The notes under the pieces were generated by a model that had not been told where the DNA came from, ran no database searches, and was given only the letters and a program-made list of their open reading frames with translations. DNA of 64,000 bases from Schmidtea nova. Taxonomy: Eukaryota. The stretch is taken from NCBI GenBank assembly GCA_044892505.1, contig CM097883.1:216380001-216444000 (forward strand), given 5' to 3'. Every line of letters starts with the position of its first letter. Position 1 is the stretch's first letter. The position numbers and the translations under genes are program-made. Positions 13,896 through 25,734 of this stretch are shown here, piece by piece.

Positions 13896-16800
13896 CAAAA
13901 CGGAAACAATCCTTACCTTATTTACTGCCTTTCTTAGCAATTTCTTCTTTCCCATATCATAGATAATCAACCGGTTCGATAGACCAACCAAAAGGCGTCC
14001 TTGGAAACTGCACATAGCATCAGGAGAATCATCAACATTGGTAGTATGGACCAATTCTAGGAATTCCCCAGACTTTGATATCCTGTATGACCTGATATTG
14101 CCGCCATTGTTGCTGTACGGTGACAGTATGCAATCGAGCACCGTGCCAACAATTATGTACTGCTCATCCGGCCTAGAATGTGTGTATACATATATACTGA
14201 CTGATAAACTGGCTTATGCCACCTACTTTGTGGAGAATTTAGCCATCACCATAGAAACGGCAGCTTCGTTTTGCGGCAGCTCGATTTTCTGAACGAATTC
14301 CCCATTTAACGGTTTTATCACTTTGATGATACTGGCCCAGAATCCAGTTCCTGCTTTTGCTGCGCCGAATATATCTTCCGGTAGTTCTTCCTGTAGGAAT
14401 GCAGTCGCCATTTCTTTCGCCAGTTCCTGTTCCTCGTCTGCCGGGGCTTCCTGCATTTTCAAAGCAATTTGCTGCTTGCGTTCCTCCTTCGATTGCCTCG
14501 TGTATGCGTTGTGATCGGTTTCAATGATGATTGCATTGCCCGATTGAGGGTGTAACACAAACCTCCTCGGAGTGTATGTGAGCGGGTGGGAAAGTTGATT
14601 GAAAATCGTTCCGAGTTTCTCGAGTGCTAAAATCCTCAAAGAATTCTGGTAAATAGCTACGATTCCTTCTGGACATTGTTCCGATGAGAATCCACTGGCG
14701 TATTCAAGAGCTTCATAGCTCATCGGGGTTAAATGGAATCGATTTTGATAGGTATAGCTGAGCCATGGGCGAGTTGATATTGCTAGAACTGCTTCGCTGC
14801 CTTGTACCATTATTCGGAACAGTTTTACCGGTTGCGATCCCAAATACCGAGTACGAGTATCCGATAATTCCCCCTTGATAGGATCGATAAGTGCTCTCAA
14901 TAAACCACCGTTTTGTAAGCCAATATTCAAATATAGAGTTCCAGTGTTGCCTTTCTGCTGTTCGCTTTGATCATTGGCGCCTAATTCAGCAATACAAAGT
15001 GATTCGGGGTTCACCGGTAACCCTTGCATTGTCAATTGGGACAGGCAATTAGAAGGATCGAGCAAATACACTCGAACTGTTTGATCACTGAGTCCGACGG
15101 CTAAAAATCGAGACCGTTGTTCTTCCGCCGGTACCGACCCGAGTGCCATGCATATTATGTCGGCTGGAGCTTCTTTGCGGCCTTGGAATTCATTCAATTG
15201 ACCAGAATTGGAGTCCATTTCGAAATAAACCAATTCATTTCCCGTAAGAGCTATTACAACTTGCCGGCGGTTGAGAGCACACTTGACAATCGTTTTTTTC
15301 AATGGTGCACGCCATACATGAACACGACGATCCGGTCGAATGTGACGAATCCCGTCGGGATAAACCTGAACCAATGCATCGTCACCGAGTTGAGCACACA
15401 TTAAGGTTGGTGTTGTACCGAGAAATCCACTGTCGGTAACTTCTTCTACGGTTTCACCGATAGATAAAACTAGAGTTGCATTGATAAAAGAAACTACGAT
15501 GTATGCATCATACAATTCATCCGCGGTACGTTTCACTGTCCAAACTGCATTCGGATGTCCGGGAAGATCGGACTTTGCCATAACTGACACTTCAAGCCCG
15601 TGTGACAATAGTCTCAACGATGATCTCGGACCTCGGCCACATAACACTGCTAACTGTGGCGTATCTTCGTTCGCTAAATCCGCTATGTGACAACCAATTA
15701 TCGGTGCCAAACTATTCATTTCATCAATCTGTACGAGATTTTTCAATGTTCTCGGAGCAAAATAAAATGTATCTCCTTCTTCAAGTGGCATAGCCGACGA
15801 AAACTCCGGTTCATCATCTCCATCCGCAAGATTCGTAATTTGATACAAATAATGATTTCCAAACTCGGTAGCAACAAATAAAAATCCCGTTTTTAAAACA
15901 CACATCGATGTTGCAACTGGAACGGTGTCAAAGTATTTTAATCGCATTTCTCTCACCATTTCACAGTCGGTTTCTAAAGTGATTTTAAAAATATCTCCCT
16001 GTTCAGTTTGTACTAGAAAGAAAAATAATTTCTTTTTCGTTGTATGTGTAGCGCTACAAACGAAAAGCATTCCACGTTCTGGATCCTCTAAATCATTGCG
16101 TCGTCTTGGAATTGGACAACGGATATCCGGCTGGTCACCGAAATTCTTATAAGTGATATAATTTTCAGCGCAAATAATTATCCCAGATGGTCCTTCCTTT
16201 CCACCGGGGACAGAGATCAAAAAATTGGCATTCTCCTCCAATCTTTCACTGTATTTCCTTACGACATGATTTAAACCCAAATCCAACTCATAATATGTGA
16301 GATTTTTCCTAATATCCTCAACAGATGCTCCGGTCGTGTCGGCATCAGCATCGGAATAATCGACTTCTATTACAGCAAATGTTGGATTTTCAAAACCGAC
16401 ATCAACACCAATCATGTGTAAGGTTAATGTATTCGATCGATGGGCTTCAAGTGGTGAAGAAATGGTCAGGTTGTTTTCAGAATCTCGATTGAGCACATAT
16501 ACCATTTTCTGTTTCTCAATTGCACCAATCATTATCGCTCTGCCGTTCGGGTCCATCGCTAGAAATTGACCTGGGACGATTCTACGACAACCGCTTTTAC
16601 CGTATGTTTCCTGTTGGACTTTAATAAAAATGTTTTTAGATGGCATATATTCCAAAATCACAACTCGACCAGAGTCACTTGCCACTACAAGATAGTCTAA
16701 ATTGCATAGCTTAAAATATTTTTATATTTTATAAAAATGAAATAGTACCTTTAATTCCAGTCAAATGAAAAGCGTAAATAGCGCGAATTATTCCAAATAC

Positions 16801-16971
16801 CTCAGTAGACAATAAGGTTTGAATTTTGCCAGATGTTGTATCGGGACGTAATAGCTCTAAAACTTTGCCTTTTGCTACAACGATCTCTTGAACCTTTGTG
16901 CCAGAAAAGTGACCATGTACAGCTTCAATGATAGATGTACTTTTTTGCAGCGTTAAATTATAGAGTTTCAT
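10293..16971 (-). CDS. SF3B3: Splicing factor 3B subunit 3 (SAP130/Rse1); exons 16971-16749, 16696-14227, 14172-13917, 10997-10293
   Basis: Conserved sequence from MKLYNLTLQK through DSGRVVILEY, GRGPRSSLR and [24 protein letters not shown]. GT-AG introns of 52, 54 and 2919 nt join in frame to 3654 nt = 1217 aa. Confidence 0.97.
11481..12020. repeat. 21-bp minisatellite (~25 copies) in SF3B3 intron 3
   Basis: Unit close to TAATACTATCCAATGAGATAT; it generates the repetitive ORFs at 11517-12066. Confidence 0.95.
13843..13893. repeat. (TA)n microsatellite near the SF3B3 intron 3 donor; a shorter one lies at ~12160-12180
   Basis: Direct reading. Confidence 0.95.
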
Positions 16972-17856
16972 TTTAAATCTATTTTAAAATTGAATTAGGG
17001 AGTAAAAATTCAAAATGGCACACTATAGAGTTTAAAAATGTTTGATATTTAAACAAACCTTTTTTTCGTTGATAATTATTTAAAGTAAAAGTATCGATGA
17101 AAAATATCAAAATGTTTTTTATGATTATTAAATTAGAAATTCTTATTAACCAATTTAAATTATGGAACATTTTTAAAACAGAACTTTAGATTTGTAATTT
17201 TCAAATAATTTTCTAATCTCAAATTAGTGTCGTAAATATTTATTTCAATAAAAAACAATTTAGGTATTATAAAAAGATATTGTAAATTTATGAGGCTTTC
17301 ACGCAGTCTACTTATTCTAATATCGTGTATTATTTTGTTAATGAATTAATTTACTTTGTATTACTCGATGATGATGAAATTGGTGGGTTGTTGATCGTCA
17401 ATATGACCTTGACGTTGCTATGGCTCTCGTCAACAACTCAACACATAAAACATTAGATTTAACCATCTTGTTGCCCGTCACAATGTAACGTTGGTAATGC
17501 AACAAATGGGTGGGTATTCGCAATTAGTGAGCGTCGTCAATACGAAACTATGATTGACCGAATAACTCCTGGGTCCAAGGGCTACCGATAGAAGGATTAA
17601 TGCCCATTTTGTCCCTCCTATGCATTATTTACTTTCAAAAAATCATGAGTTATATCGAACTAAATTTACTACTAAACCTCAGTTGATTTTATTCAATTTA
17701 TTCCCTTTAAACATTCAAACAAATAAATTTTTCAAACACAAAAGAAAAACTTTTATGTCAGCTAAAACAACAACATAAACTACAAAGTAAGGCAATAAAT
17801 ACAAGATAAAATATAAATTGTCGATTCATATCACAACAACGTAATGTCAATCACTT

Positions 17857-18387
17857 CTAAGGACTCTTCGGATCTCGCAATCTCGCTTCCTGACGACGTC
17901 TTCGTCGAGCCCTCACTCCTTTGTTGGGTTTCTGCCGTGTAATTTTTGCTGGAACCGGAGGTGTCAGGATCTCTTCTTCGACCCTCACTTGGAACAATTC
18001 TCGAGGTGGACATGAAGATTTCGGCAAGATGGCAGTGATAATGCCGCTATCCACCCTCAATTTCCCGATCAGGAGCTCCTGCTCCCGTATCGTAACACGG
18101 CATGCTCGCAATCTCATTGCGTCTTCTGCAGCCTGTTGTAGAAGCATCTGGTTCTGCTTCTTCAGTTTGTTGTCGGTATCCTTGCCGGACCAGGTCGACT
18201 CCATATCTCTGCACCGCGCTCGAAATTTCTCCATCCGGGAGTTCATAATTTGCAACACGTCAGAGTTTGAGGTTTTCGTCTTTTCCATCTCGGCGAAGCA
18301 CTGATCTACCCATCGATTATGTCGGGCATTTTCCAAAATCAACCGGTGCATCTCCTCAAATTTTTGTTCCAGGTTCATTTCTGACAT
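17857..18387 (-). CDS. Orphan 176-aa coiled-coil protein with an Arg-rich C-terminus
   Basis: Higher-GC single ORF in AT-rich surroundings; TTTTAG immediately before the ATG; tail KGVRARRRRRQ. Shares a downstream DNA motif with the 22-kb ORF. Confidence 0.55.
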   Translation of the reverse strand: MSEMNLEQKFEEMHRLILENARHNRWVDQCFAEMEKTKTSNSDVLQIMNSRMEKFRARCRDMESTWSGKDTDNKLKKQNQMLLQQAAEDAMRLRACRVTIREQELLIGKLRVDSGIITAILPKSSCPPRELFQVRVEEEILTPPVPAKITRQKPNKGVRARRRRRQEARLRDPKSP

Positions 18388-20198
18388 CTAAAATCACACA
18401 TTCAATACACAATTAAGTCATCATCTAACATTATAATTTAATTTTAAATATTCATTTTAAATTATTAAGATAAAAATAATTTTATCGATGAACATTTATT
18501 GATTTTTCACAACCAACTATTATACACAAAATTTATCTCAAAACACAGGGATTTTCACACATTCATTATTAATTACAAGTTTATCCTCAAGTATACCATC
18601 GCCAACTCAATCCAGGGGTCGAAAAATCTTTGATCCATCACATAATTCGGGGTATACGATGTCTGTTGATTTTTAACTAAATCTTTATTATCTTCAAGAT
18701 TTTCTAAATTTGCATGTCTTTTTGTCAGAGAATTTAACGAAATTTTTACTTATCCCCTATACCTAGTGTCTAACTTGTTATTCTCATAGAAATTTTTTAT
18801 AAATTGTATTTTAAATTTTTAATAAATTTATATTTAAATTCTCACCGAGGCATTGGCAACGGTATCTATACAATTATTTCGTTAATTTCATATATTATTT
18901 TTGAAAATTCATTTAGGCTTTTCAAGAACTTTGAGGATGATTTCCGAACTCCAATTCTTACTCTTATTTACAAAATCCAATCCTGATCACTCTCCAGTCA
19001 GGAATATCCACGGACCCCTTATAAAAAGAAAAACTATATAAAAGGAAAACAAAAATTCTCGAATTTTGATTGGTTAATCTACAGTATGTAATTTTGATTT
19101 CTTTAATAAAATTATTGATTTAATTTAATTTTCTTTAGGCATGTTTTTGAATGAAATTTCAAGATCAGATCATTTATTCCACTATACAAAGGAAAATCTA
19201 CTAGTTGGATCGCCCCTAACACAGAAAATTTGGACAACTTCTCAATGCCAAGATTCTCTAATAAAGAAATGAGTATCTTCAAATGACAAGTAAATTATTA
19301 AATTGATTCAGATTTTCTTATTTTTCTTATATTTTAGACAAAGTGAACTCGTTTATGAGATGAAATCTTCGGTTCATTCGCTTTGCAAAGCCTAGAGCAG
19401 ATCATTTTTGGAATTTACTATCGACCTCGTCCTAATCTGATGTTCGTTCAAATAACAATTTTCTTTCTCTCGCCAGAGCCAAATTGGATTTTTTATTCAT
19501 ACGGTGATTCGATTTTAGTGACATTCCACAGCGTTCTCTTCCAGCAAACAGTTTATGACATAAATTTCTGAATAAATCTGGTGTTCGTATTTTTCTATCT
19601 TATGGTTTATTTCGAATGTTTTTATAATATTAAATGTTTTTACAATATTAGGATTAATTTAAATATATTTTCGTTTTTTGTCGTCATTTAAATCGTAGGT
19701 TTCAAGTCATTTAACCAACTTTTAGCTTCCATTTCTAAGGGATTTTTGATATGTTGTTATCCTGAAAAGAGTGATCGACAGTAAAAATTATCTCCTTTAC
19801 CATCCTTGGGTTTCTACGATTGACTTTCCCAACGATGGTATTTAGATCGATTAACTTATTGACCGAAATAGAAAGTGATATAGTCCATCTCAAGGGTGTT
19901 ATATAACGTAGTTCAGACTCTGTGAAAGCTTTAAGCTGTTACAGGCAGCAACTTGTTAGATTTTGGTAGTGATGCAAATAAAAGGGGGAATTTTCGTTTA
20001 ATGATTTAGTAATTTATCTTACCGGATAAAATAGCAAGCGGGTTGACAACTAATGATAAATGGAAAGTTGCTGGGACTACTGGAGGTGATAGGCGGAAGG
20101 TGGACTAATATAAACAGGGCGGTGCAATTTTGAATGAAGATGTGATTTTCATGTGTGATGGGAGATGTATATGTGGATTGTTGATTTCAAATTTGTGT

Positions 20199-21600
20199 AG
20201 TAGACAGAAGTGTGCACCATGAGTCATAGCTAAACAAATAAAATGACGTCATCGGTACCCCCGCCCCCCCCCCGATGACTCATTTTTTTCTTTTTTATGA
20301 CTCATCGATGACGAATTTCCAAAGGTTAAATAAGGTCAAACCTTTTTTAATATTAACCTTATTTAATATTATCCATAATTGCAATATGGATACAAGTTAA
20401 CAAAGACATACACGCAAGTTAATAAAAAATATTCAAGTGTTCAAAATTTTTTAAAACTATATAAGTATCATGCGAAAGATATTTGAGATGTGTGTGTGTG
20501 TATTTTCAAACCTTCAAGATGTCAAAATAAAATAATTAAACTACTACAACGTAATATATATTTATTTTCCTACCCATTTTGACACTGCAATTCATGTGCA
20601 ATATTAACAAAGACATTGCAAAACAGATGCAAGTTAACAAAGACATTGCAGTTGCAAGCCAAGTTAACAAAGACAAGATGTCAAAAAAGACTAATTATTA
20701 ATCACAAAGTGCATTCTCTTTTGGCCAATGATAAAAATAAATTAAATGAAAATACATATATTTTGTATGACATTATATGTATATCACATGATATTCATCA
20801 ATATTAATACCACAAGACTCACACTTATCAATATTTTTTAAACATTTTGAACAAATAATGACATGTCCACAAGGTAAATATAAAATGCCAACTCTATTTA
20901 TATTACATATTGAACAAGTGAGAAATCTTTGTTTGATTTCTTCCAATTTCTTGGTTACATTTACCTCTAAAATATCCACATTCAGCATGAAAGTTCGAAT
21001 AATAGTACGATATTTTCCAAGTCGAAATTCCATACATGACCAGAAAATGGTATTCAAATTGAATTCAGTAGAATCGATATCATTAAGAATCATAATAAAA
21101 CTGGATAATTTCATCATGGATTTATCATATCCGAATGATTCTGTTAAACCGATAATTAATTTATTATTGAAGGATTTGAATAATTTTGAAAGAATGTCGA
21201 TATCGCATTTCTCAATCGATGTTAAAATGTCATCAAGTATTAAAAAGGATTGGACCCAATTGTCCAAAGTAATGAAATTATCTGTAACCTAGTTTAAAAT
21301 AATTAATTAAATTTATATATATTTTTAAAACTAACTTTATTTGTTTCTTTATTTGTTTCTTTATTCATTTTCGTCAATCAATACTATTTACAAGTTGTAT
21401 TTATATTGCAAAAATCAACCAATTTAATAACCAACCATTTTATTGACCAACCAATGATTGAAAGTTTTGCTAAACTGTTACATTGAAATGATGATAAGTG
21501 ACATTGAAAATTAGGTAACAGTATATTTATTATTAGAAATATGTTCAAGTAATGAGCTTTTGCACATCAAAACCATCACAGAATAGGTTCTGCTACTAGG
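20199..21600 (+). mobile_element. Left end of a second Maverick related to the complete one (element B), truncated or interrupted
   Basis: Starts AGTAGACAGAAGTGTGCACCATGAGTCAT, identical to the first 29 nt of the 35137 terminus. Has TGACTCA/TGACGTCA sites, a C run and TAACAAAGACA repeats as in that TIR. 21540-21580 (ATGTTCAAGTAATGAGCTTTTGCACATCAAAACCAT) matches 37520-37560. Confidence 0.8.
20773..21368 (-). CDS. 182-aa protein with C-terminal IAP/MDM2-type RING; exons 21368-21336 and 21288-20773
   Basis: CSICNINRVGILYLPCGHVIICSKCLKNIDKCESC. A 47-nt GT-AG intron joins MNKETNKETNK in frame to VTDNFITLDNW. Confidence 0.75.
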
Positions 21601-22212
21601 GTTCTGCTCGCAATGTTCTGCTACTAAATGTTCTGTCACTATGATAAATACATGAAAAGTTATTATACTATTGAGATAATCACACATATTATTCTTAAAT
21701 TATAGTACAAATATATCAAAAATATATGAAATATACATTACTGCTGGGTTCATGGAGGGGTTAGATGAAAAATGCTCTAACAATGACTAGGGATCCCTCA
21801 TCCATGATCATGCATAAAATTGCAATTTTACACTCAAGCGCCCTTGATTATTTCCCTATATAATCAAGTTGGTGATGCGCAGGGTGGTTAAACAATGATG
21901 GGCAGGTGAGCACTATCGCTAGTACTACTCCCCATTTATGTTTACGGGTCCATTGCTGCCGTTAGAAGGACTTATGCTTTCATCATCTGCTTAGGTATTC
22001 CGCAATAATCTTTTTTAGAAAATTTATATTTAACATTGCGTATTCTGCGAGAAGTGTTTAAATCGAAATGCTCGCTTAATCATTTATTTACCCCTGTTAG
22101 GTATGTTGTGAGAGGAGTTTATACTTTTATTCTACATTTATCTAATTATTTGTCAAGTACTGAATCCATTTAAAAGAACAACAACAATTTTAAATTAACA
22201 CGAAAATTTTAT

Positions 22213-22809
22213 TTAAGTTTTAATTAATTCCGTAAAAACTCCCGCCGGAGGAAAAATTTCCGTCAACAATTCTCCTTCGGTCATCTGATGTAGACCATCT
22301 ACTTGACTCTGTAATCGCTGAGCGAATAATTTCCTCTGTCTTCGCCGTTTCTGCCCAATGCGCTTGCGTTTCTGGTGCGCATTTGCCGATGAGGTGATTG
22401 GGTTTGCTGCAGGAGCCGTCTCATTCCGACTTTCGATTAGATCGGCGACATCCGTGCCAATGGAATTTACAGTCTTCTTTTCCGCTGTCCAAGCTTGATA
22501 CGTAACCGGACGGATTTGCTCTCTGAGTTCTTTCTCGATATATGAGGCAGTTACGGAATGGAGGCATTTTCGGAGTTCTATCTTTGTAGCCTCCCATTCC
22601 ATTTGGTAATCGGCTGCAGTCTGCTGGGCGCGTTCGGTTTTACTGATTTGCTCTTTCATCCGGGCCGGAGCAAACCAGCTTTTGCGCAAGTATGCAATCT
22701 GTGCCTTGGCTTTGATCAATTGTGCCTTGAGGAGACCCAATTCCTTGTCCTGGGCTCTCCGGATCCGCCACATCTTTTCCAATTCTCTCTGTATCAAATC
22801 GGTGGTCAT
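22213..22809 (-). CDS. Orphan 198-aa coiled-coil protein with an Arg/Lys-rich C-terminal segment
   Basis: Intact ORF; TTATAG-A-ATG start context; degenerate homolog at 3569-4164. Confidence 0.7.
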   Translation of the reverse strand: MTTDLIQRELEKMWRIRRAQDKELGLLKAQLIKAKAQIAYLRKSWFAPARMKEQISKTERAQQTAADYQMEWEATKIELRKCLHSVTASYIEKELREQIRPVTYQAWTAEKKTVNSIGTDVADLIESRNETAPAANPITSSANAHQKRKRIGQKRRRQRKLFAQRLQSQVDGLHQMTEGELLTEIFPPAGVFTELIKT

Positions 22810-22989
22810 TCTATAATTTATTTAGGATATTCACTTTATGATTATATGAAAAATTAAAATCTGATTATAGGATTATTAGGTTACGAATACGAACCATTAA
22901 AAATACAAAACCAAAACTCAAAACAACAAAATAAAAACACCGCTGAACATTAATATTTGAACACAATTTAAACATTTTACAATCAGTTT

Positions 22990-23469
22990 TTATCTCCGAA
23001 ACAAGCTATGTAATTCGCTGTTAATCGGCCTCCGACGAAGACGAGCCCAAGAGAATGAGGGTTGTCCTTTCTGGCACTCCTTGCCGAACGGTTTTCGTGG
23101 TAGAAATTCGTGTAGGCCTAGTTGACATAGTTCCCGACGAGGGATGTGCCCCCAATAAATTATACGGCTTGTTCGTCCCTCAGTGTTCTTGACCAATACG
23201 ATCAATCGGCCAAACTTATTTGAGTACGGCCTTTGGGAAATCGGCCAGTTCGGTCCTCCTCGATAGAGTATTTGGTCGTTCCCTCCTGTCCATATCGAGA
23301 ACGGGCATTTTCGGCCAAACCCATGTCGCCACTTATACATCTGGCAGTTGAGGGTTCGCAATATTGATGCCGGTAGATCCTTGAGCTGCGAGATCTTTCC
23401 ATTTTGTATATTCCCTTGTTCCACATCCCGTAGTTGAGTTAATTGATTCATAAGTTCGGCTGTCGACAT
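22990..23469 (-). CDS. Orphan 159-aa basic protein
   Basis: Intact higher-GC ORF; AATATAG-ATG start context; 180 nt upstream of the 198-aa ORF on the same strand. No recognisable domain. Confidence 0.55.
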   Translation of the reverse strand: MSTAELMNQLTQLRDVEQGNIQNGKISQLKDLPASILRTLNCQMYKWRHGFGRKCPFSIWTGGNDQILYRGGPNWPISQRPYSNKFGRLIVLVKNTEGRTSRIIYWGHIPRRELCQLGLHEFLPRKPFGKECQKGQPSFSWARLRRRPINSELHSLFRR

Positions 23470-24173
23470 CTATATTACATTTATTGGATATAGAATATAT
23501 GAGTTAACGGAGGGAATTTGTTGATAAATCATTTATACTGCATATAATCACAAAAGTTACTTAAAATTAAGATTAATTTTATTTCTCTCCGCCGTGATCT
23601 ACCACGGTCGGAATAAAGAGTTCATAATTAGTCCTGTGCTATATACAGCATTCAGGAATATAGAATTTAATACCGATTTCCGCGCTATATACAGCGATCG
23701 GACTATAACTTGGGAACCGCGCCATATACGACGATCGGTCTATTTTTAGTAACTAATTTTAATTTTAACTTGGATTTTCCGACGCATTCCAATGCGATCG
23801 GAATTTATCGACATTATAATTTTGTAGGCGAGATGCCGATTCCGAATGAAATCGGACTTTAGACTACGTTGGATTTTCTTATTTCAGCGAAATTATTCAA
23901 ATTTATTTTATTTGTTGCTCACTGTTTTTCCATGCGAGAGGTTCCATTTCGATTCAATTGACTAAAAATTTAAATGATGAGTATGCCCTACCATGGGGTG
24001 TCCCTCCTTATCAATCCGCCCTCCGCATTCTCCCTATTTGGCCCTCGACACTCGTCCATTGTGCAACCCAGAATTAAATAATTAGTAAATGGTCTGTACT
24101 AGACTAAAAATTCAATCAAATTTTCTAAATAAAATTCTATATCTAACTAAATATTAAAAAGGTTGAACCGCCA

Positions 24174-24885
24174 TGTGAGACCGTGAGGCCCCACAACGAC
24201 GACTCGGACTCCCTCGCCGCGTGAGCAGCATAGGAAGTATAGCTATATGCATTAAAATGTCAATATAAAAAAAAAATAAAATAACGTTTACATATAAAAT
24301 TTTAATTGAATAAAAATCATGGGTACATCATATAAGACAAAATAAAGAAATTACTTCCGTACTTGAATGTGTGGTTCCTTGTATGAAATTCGGTTTTTTC
24401 AAAAAATCTCGTTTTGTTCAATGAAATATTACTTAAATCAAAGTTTAGTCTTGATTGTAAGTTAAAAGTAAAACGTCTGTTGTTGTGATTTTTGGATCGG
24501 TATTTATACTGATCCGTCTGGTTGGATTGACCAATCAGGATCAGGCCGTCCTTCAAAGTATTTTTATTATTTTATTCTAACCTAAACATTATTTTGTTTC
24601 CTTTTCCGGTTTCTCGCTGGGTAGTCCTGGTTTTCCAAGTAATTAATTAATTATTTGCACTATTATTTTATTTAATTCTATCTTTTCTTATTTCAGGCCC
24701 CCTTTTGCTGTTGTTTACCGGTTTATTTTCAAAATTTCCTTTTACTGAAAATTTATCAAATATTATTTGTCGTTTTATTGTTATTTTTAATTTGTTTTTC
24801 TTGTTATTTTTATGTTTATTATTTTCTTATTGTTTTGTGTTTTTGCTCTTTTATTGTGTTTTTAGGTGATTTGGCGGGCCCAACA
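24174..24885 (-). repeat. Putative 3' LTR (~712 bp) of the giant retroelement
   Basis: On the minus strand it begins TGTTGGG and ends GGTCTCACA. Contains ATTGG (24531-24535), TATAAATA (24508-24501) and ATTAAA (24306-24301) followed by a T-rich tract. A G-rich PPT-like tract precedes it at 24902-24886. The second LTR is outside the window, so the boundaries are unconfirmed. Confidence 0.45.
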
Positions 24886-25089
24886 TCACCCGGGGACCCC
24901 TAAAATTGCGTCCCGCAATTAATTATACATAAATACTTATATTCATCATACATAAAAAGTTTTATGGAATTATACACGCAAAGAAAAATCACGTAAGGTG
25001 ATCGAATTTATACTTATCATAAAGTTTGTCAATAAATAGTCAAAAATGTAATGATTTGTCACAATAGTTCGATAAGTTTATCATAATGT

Positions 25090-25659
25090 TTATACAATTT
25101 GCTCGATCGTCTGGCTCGCTTGGGGTTGAGTTCGGGTCCTCTCGTTGATTATTTGTAGCTCGTAGTGGGTTTGGATGTGGTTGAGGTGGCTCCTTATTCG
25201 TCTTTGAGCTCGGTTATCTCGTCTGGAGGTTTGGTTGTAGATTTTCTGCTTTTGTTTTAGGATCTTTATTCTATATGAGGCAATTAGGATTGTGATTGCG
25301 ATGATAGTTGTGCTGATTGCTAGGATTATGATGATTGCTATGATCCATTTTTCTTGATATTCTATTTCAGCTTGGGATAGGCTTTTTATGGGCTCTCTAC
25401 CTTCTTTCAGGATTTTTCGGGTTTCTTTTAATTTCAGTTGTTGGTTACCGAAGATTTGTTGGATTTGATGATCTTGATTGTAGGGGTATTTCTGTCGGAA
25501 TTCGTTGATTTCTTTAATTACTTCTTCGATTAGGCTGTCTACTTTCTGGTAGATTTTGTCGGGTAGAACTCGTAATTGGGTTTCGGTTAGTTGTAGATCT
25601 TCTCTCTGTAGGGTAATGGTTGTTAACCATAGGAGTGTTGCTATTGCGAGCTTTCTCAT
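25090..25659 (-). CDS. Type I membrane protein (~189 aa), last accessory gene of the retroelement
   Basis: Signal-like MRKLAIATLLWLTTITL from ATG 25659 (the ORF-track start at 25692 is GTG); TM WIIAIIIILAISTTIIAITILIASY followed by basic residues. Confidence 0.7.
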   Translation of the reverse strand: MRKLAIATLLWLTTITLQREDLQLTETQLRVLPDKIYQKVDSLIEEVIKEINEFRQKYPYNQDHQIQQIFGNQQLKLKETRKILKEGREPIKSLSQAEIEYQEKWIIAIIIILAISTTIIAITILIASYRIKILKQKQKIYNQTSRRDNRAQRRIRSHLNHIQTHYELQIINERTRTQPQASQTIEQIV

Positions 25660-25734
25660 CTCTTTTATACATCGGTCAATACAGCTTGACACTTTTTATT
25701 TTACATAATTTATTTACACTTGGTTTCCGCACAT

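Noticed and set aside
14323-16152. Short plus-strand ORFs opposite SF3B3
   Set aside because: Antisense shadows of a conserved coding exon.
17490-17620. Conserved CCTTCTATCGG motif as an HDV-like ribozyme
   Set aside because: I could not build P1 and P2 pairings consistently in all three copies; kept only as an unexplained motif.
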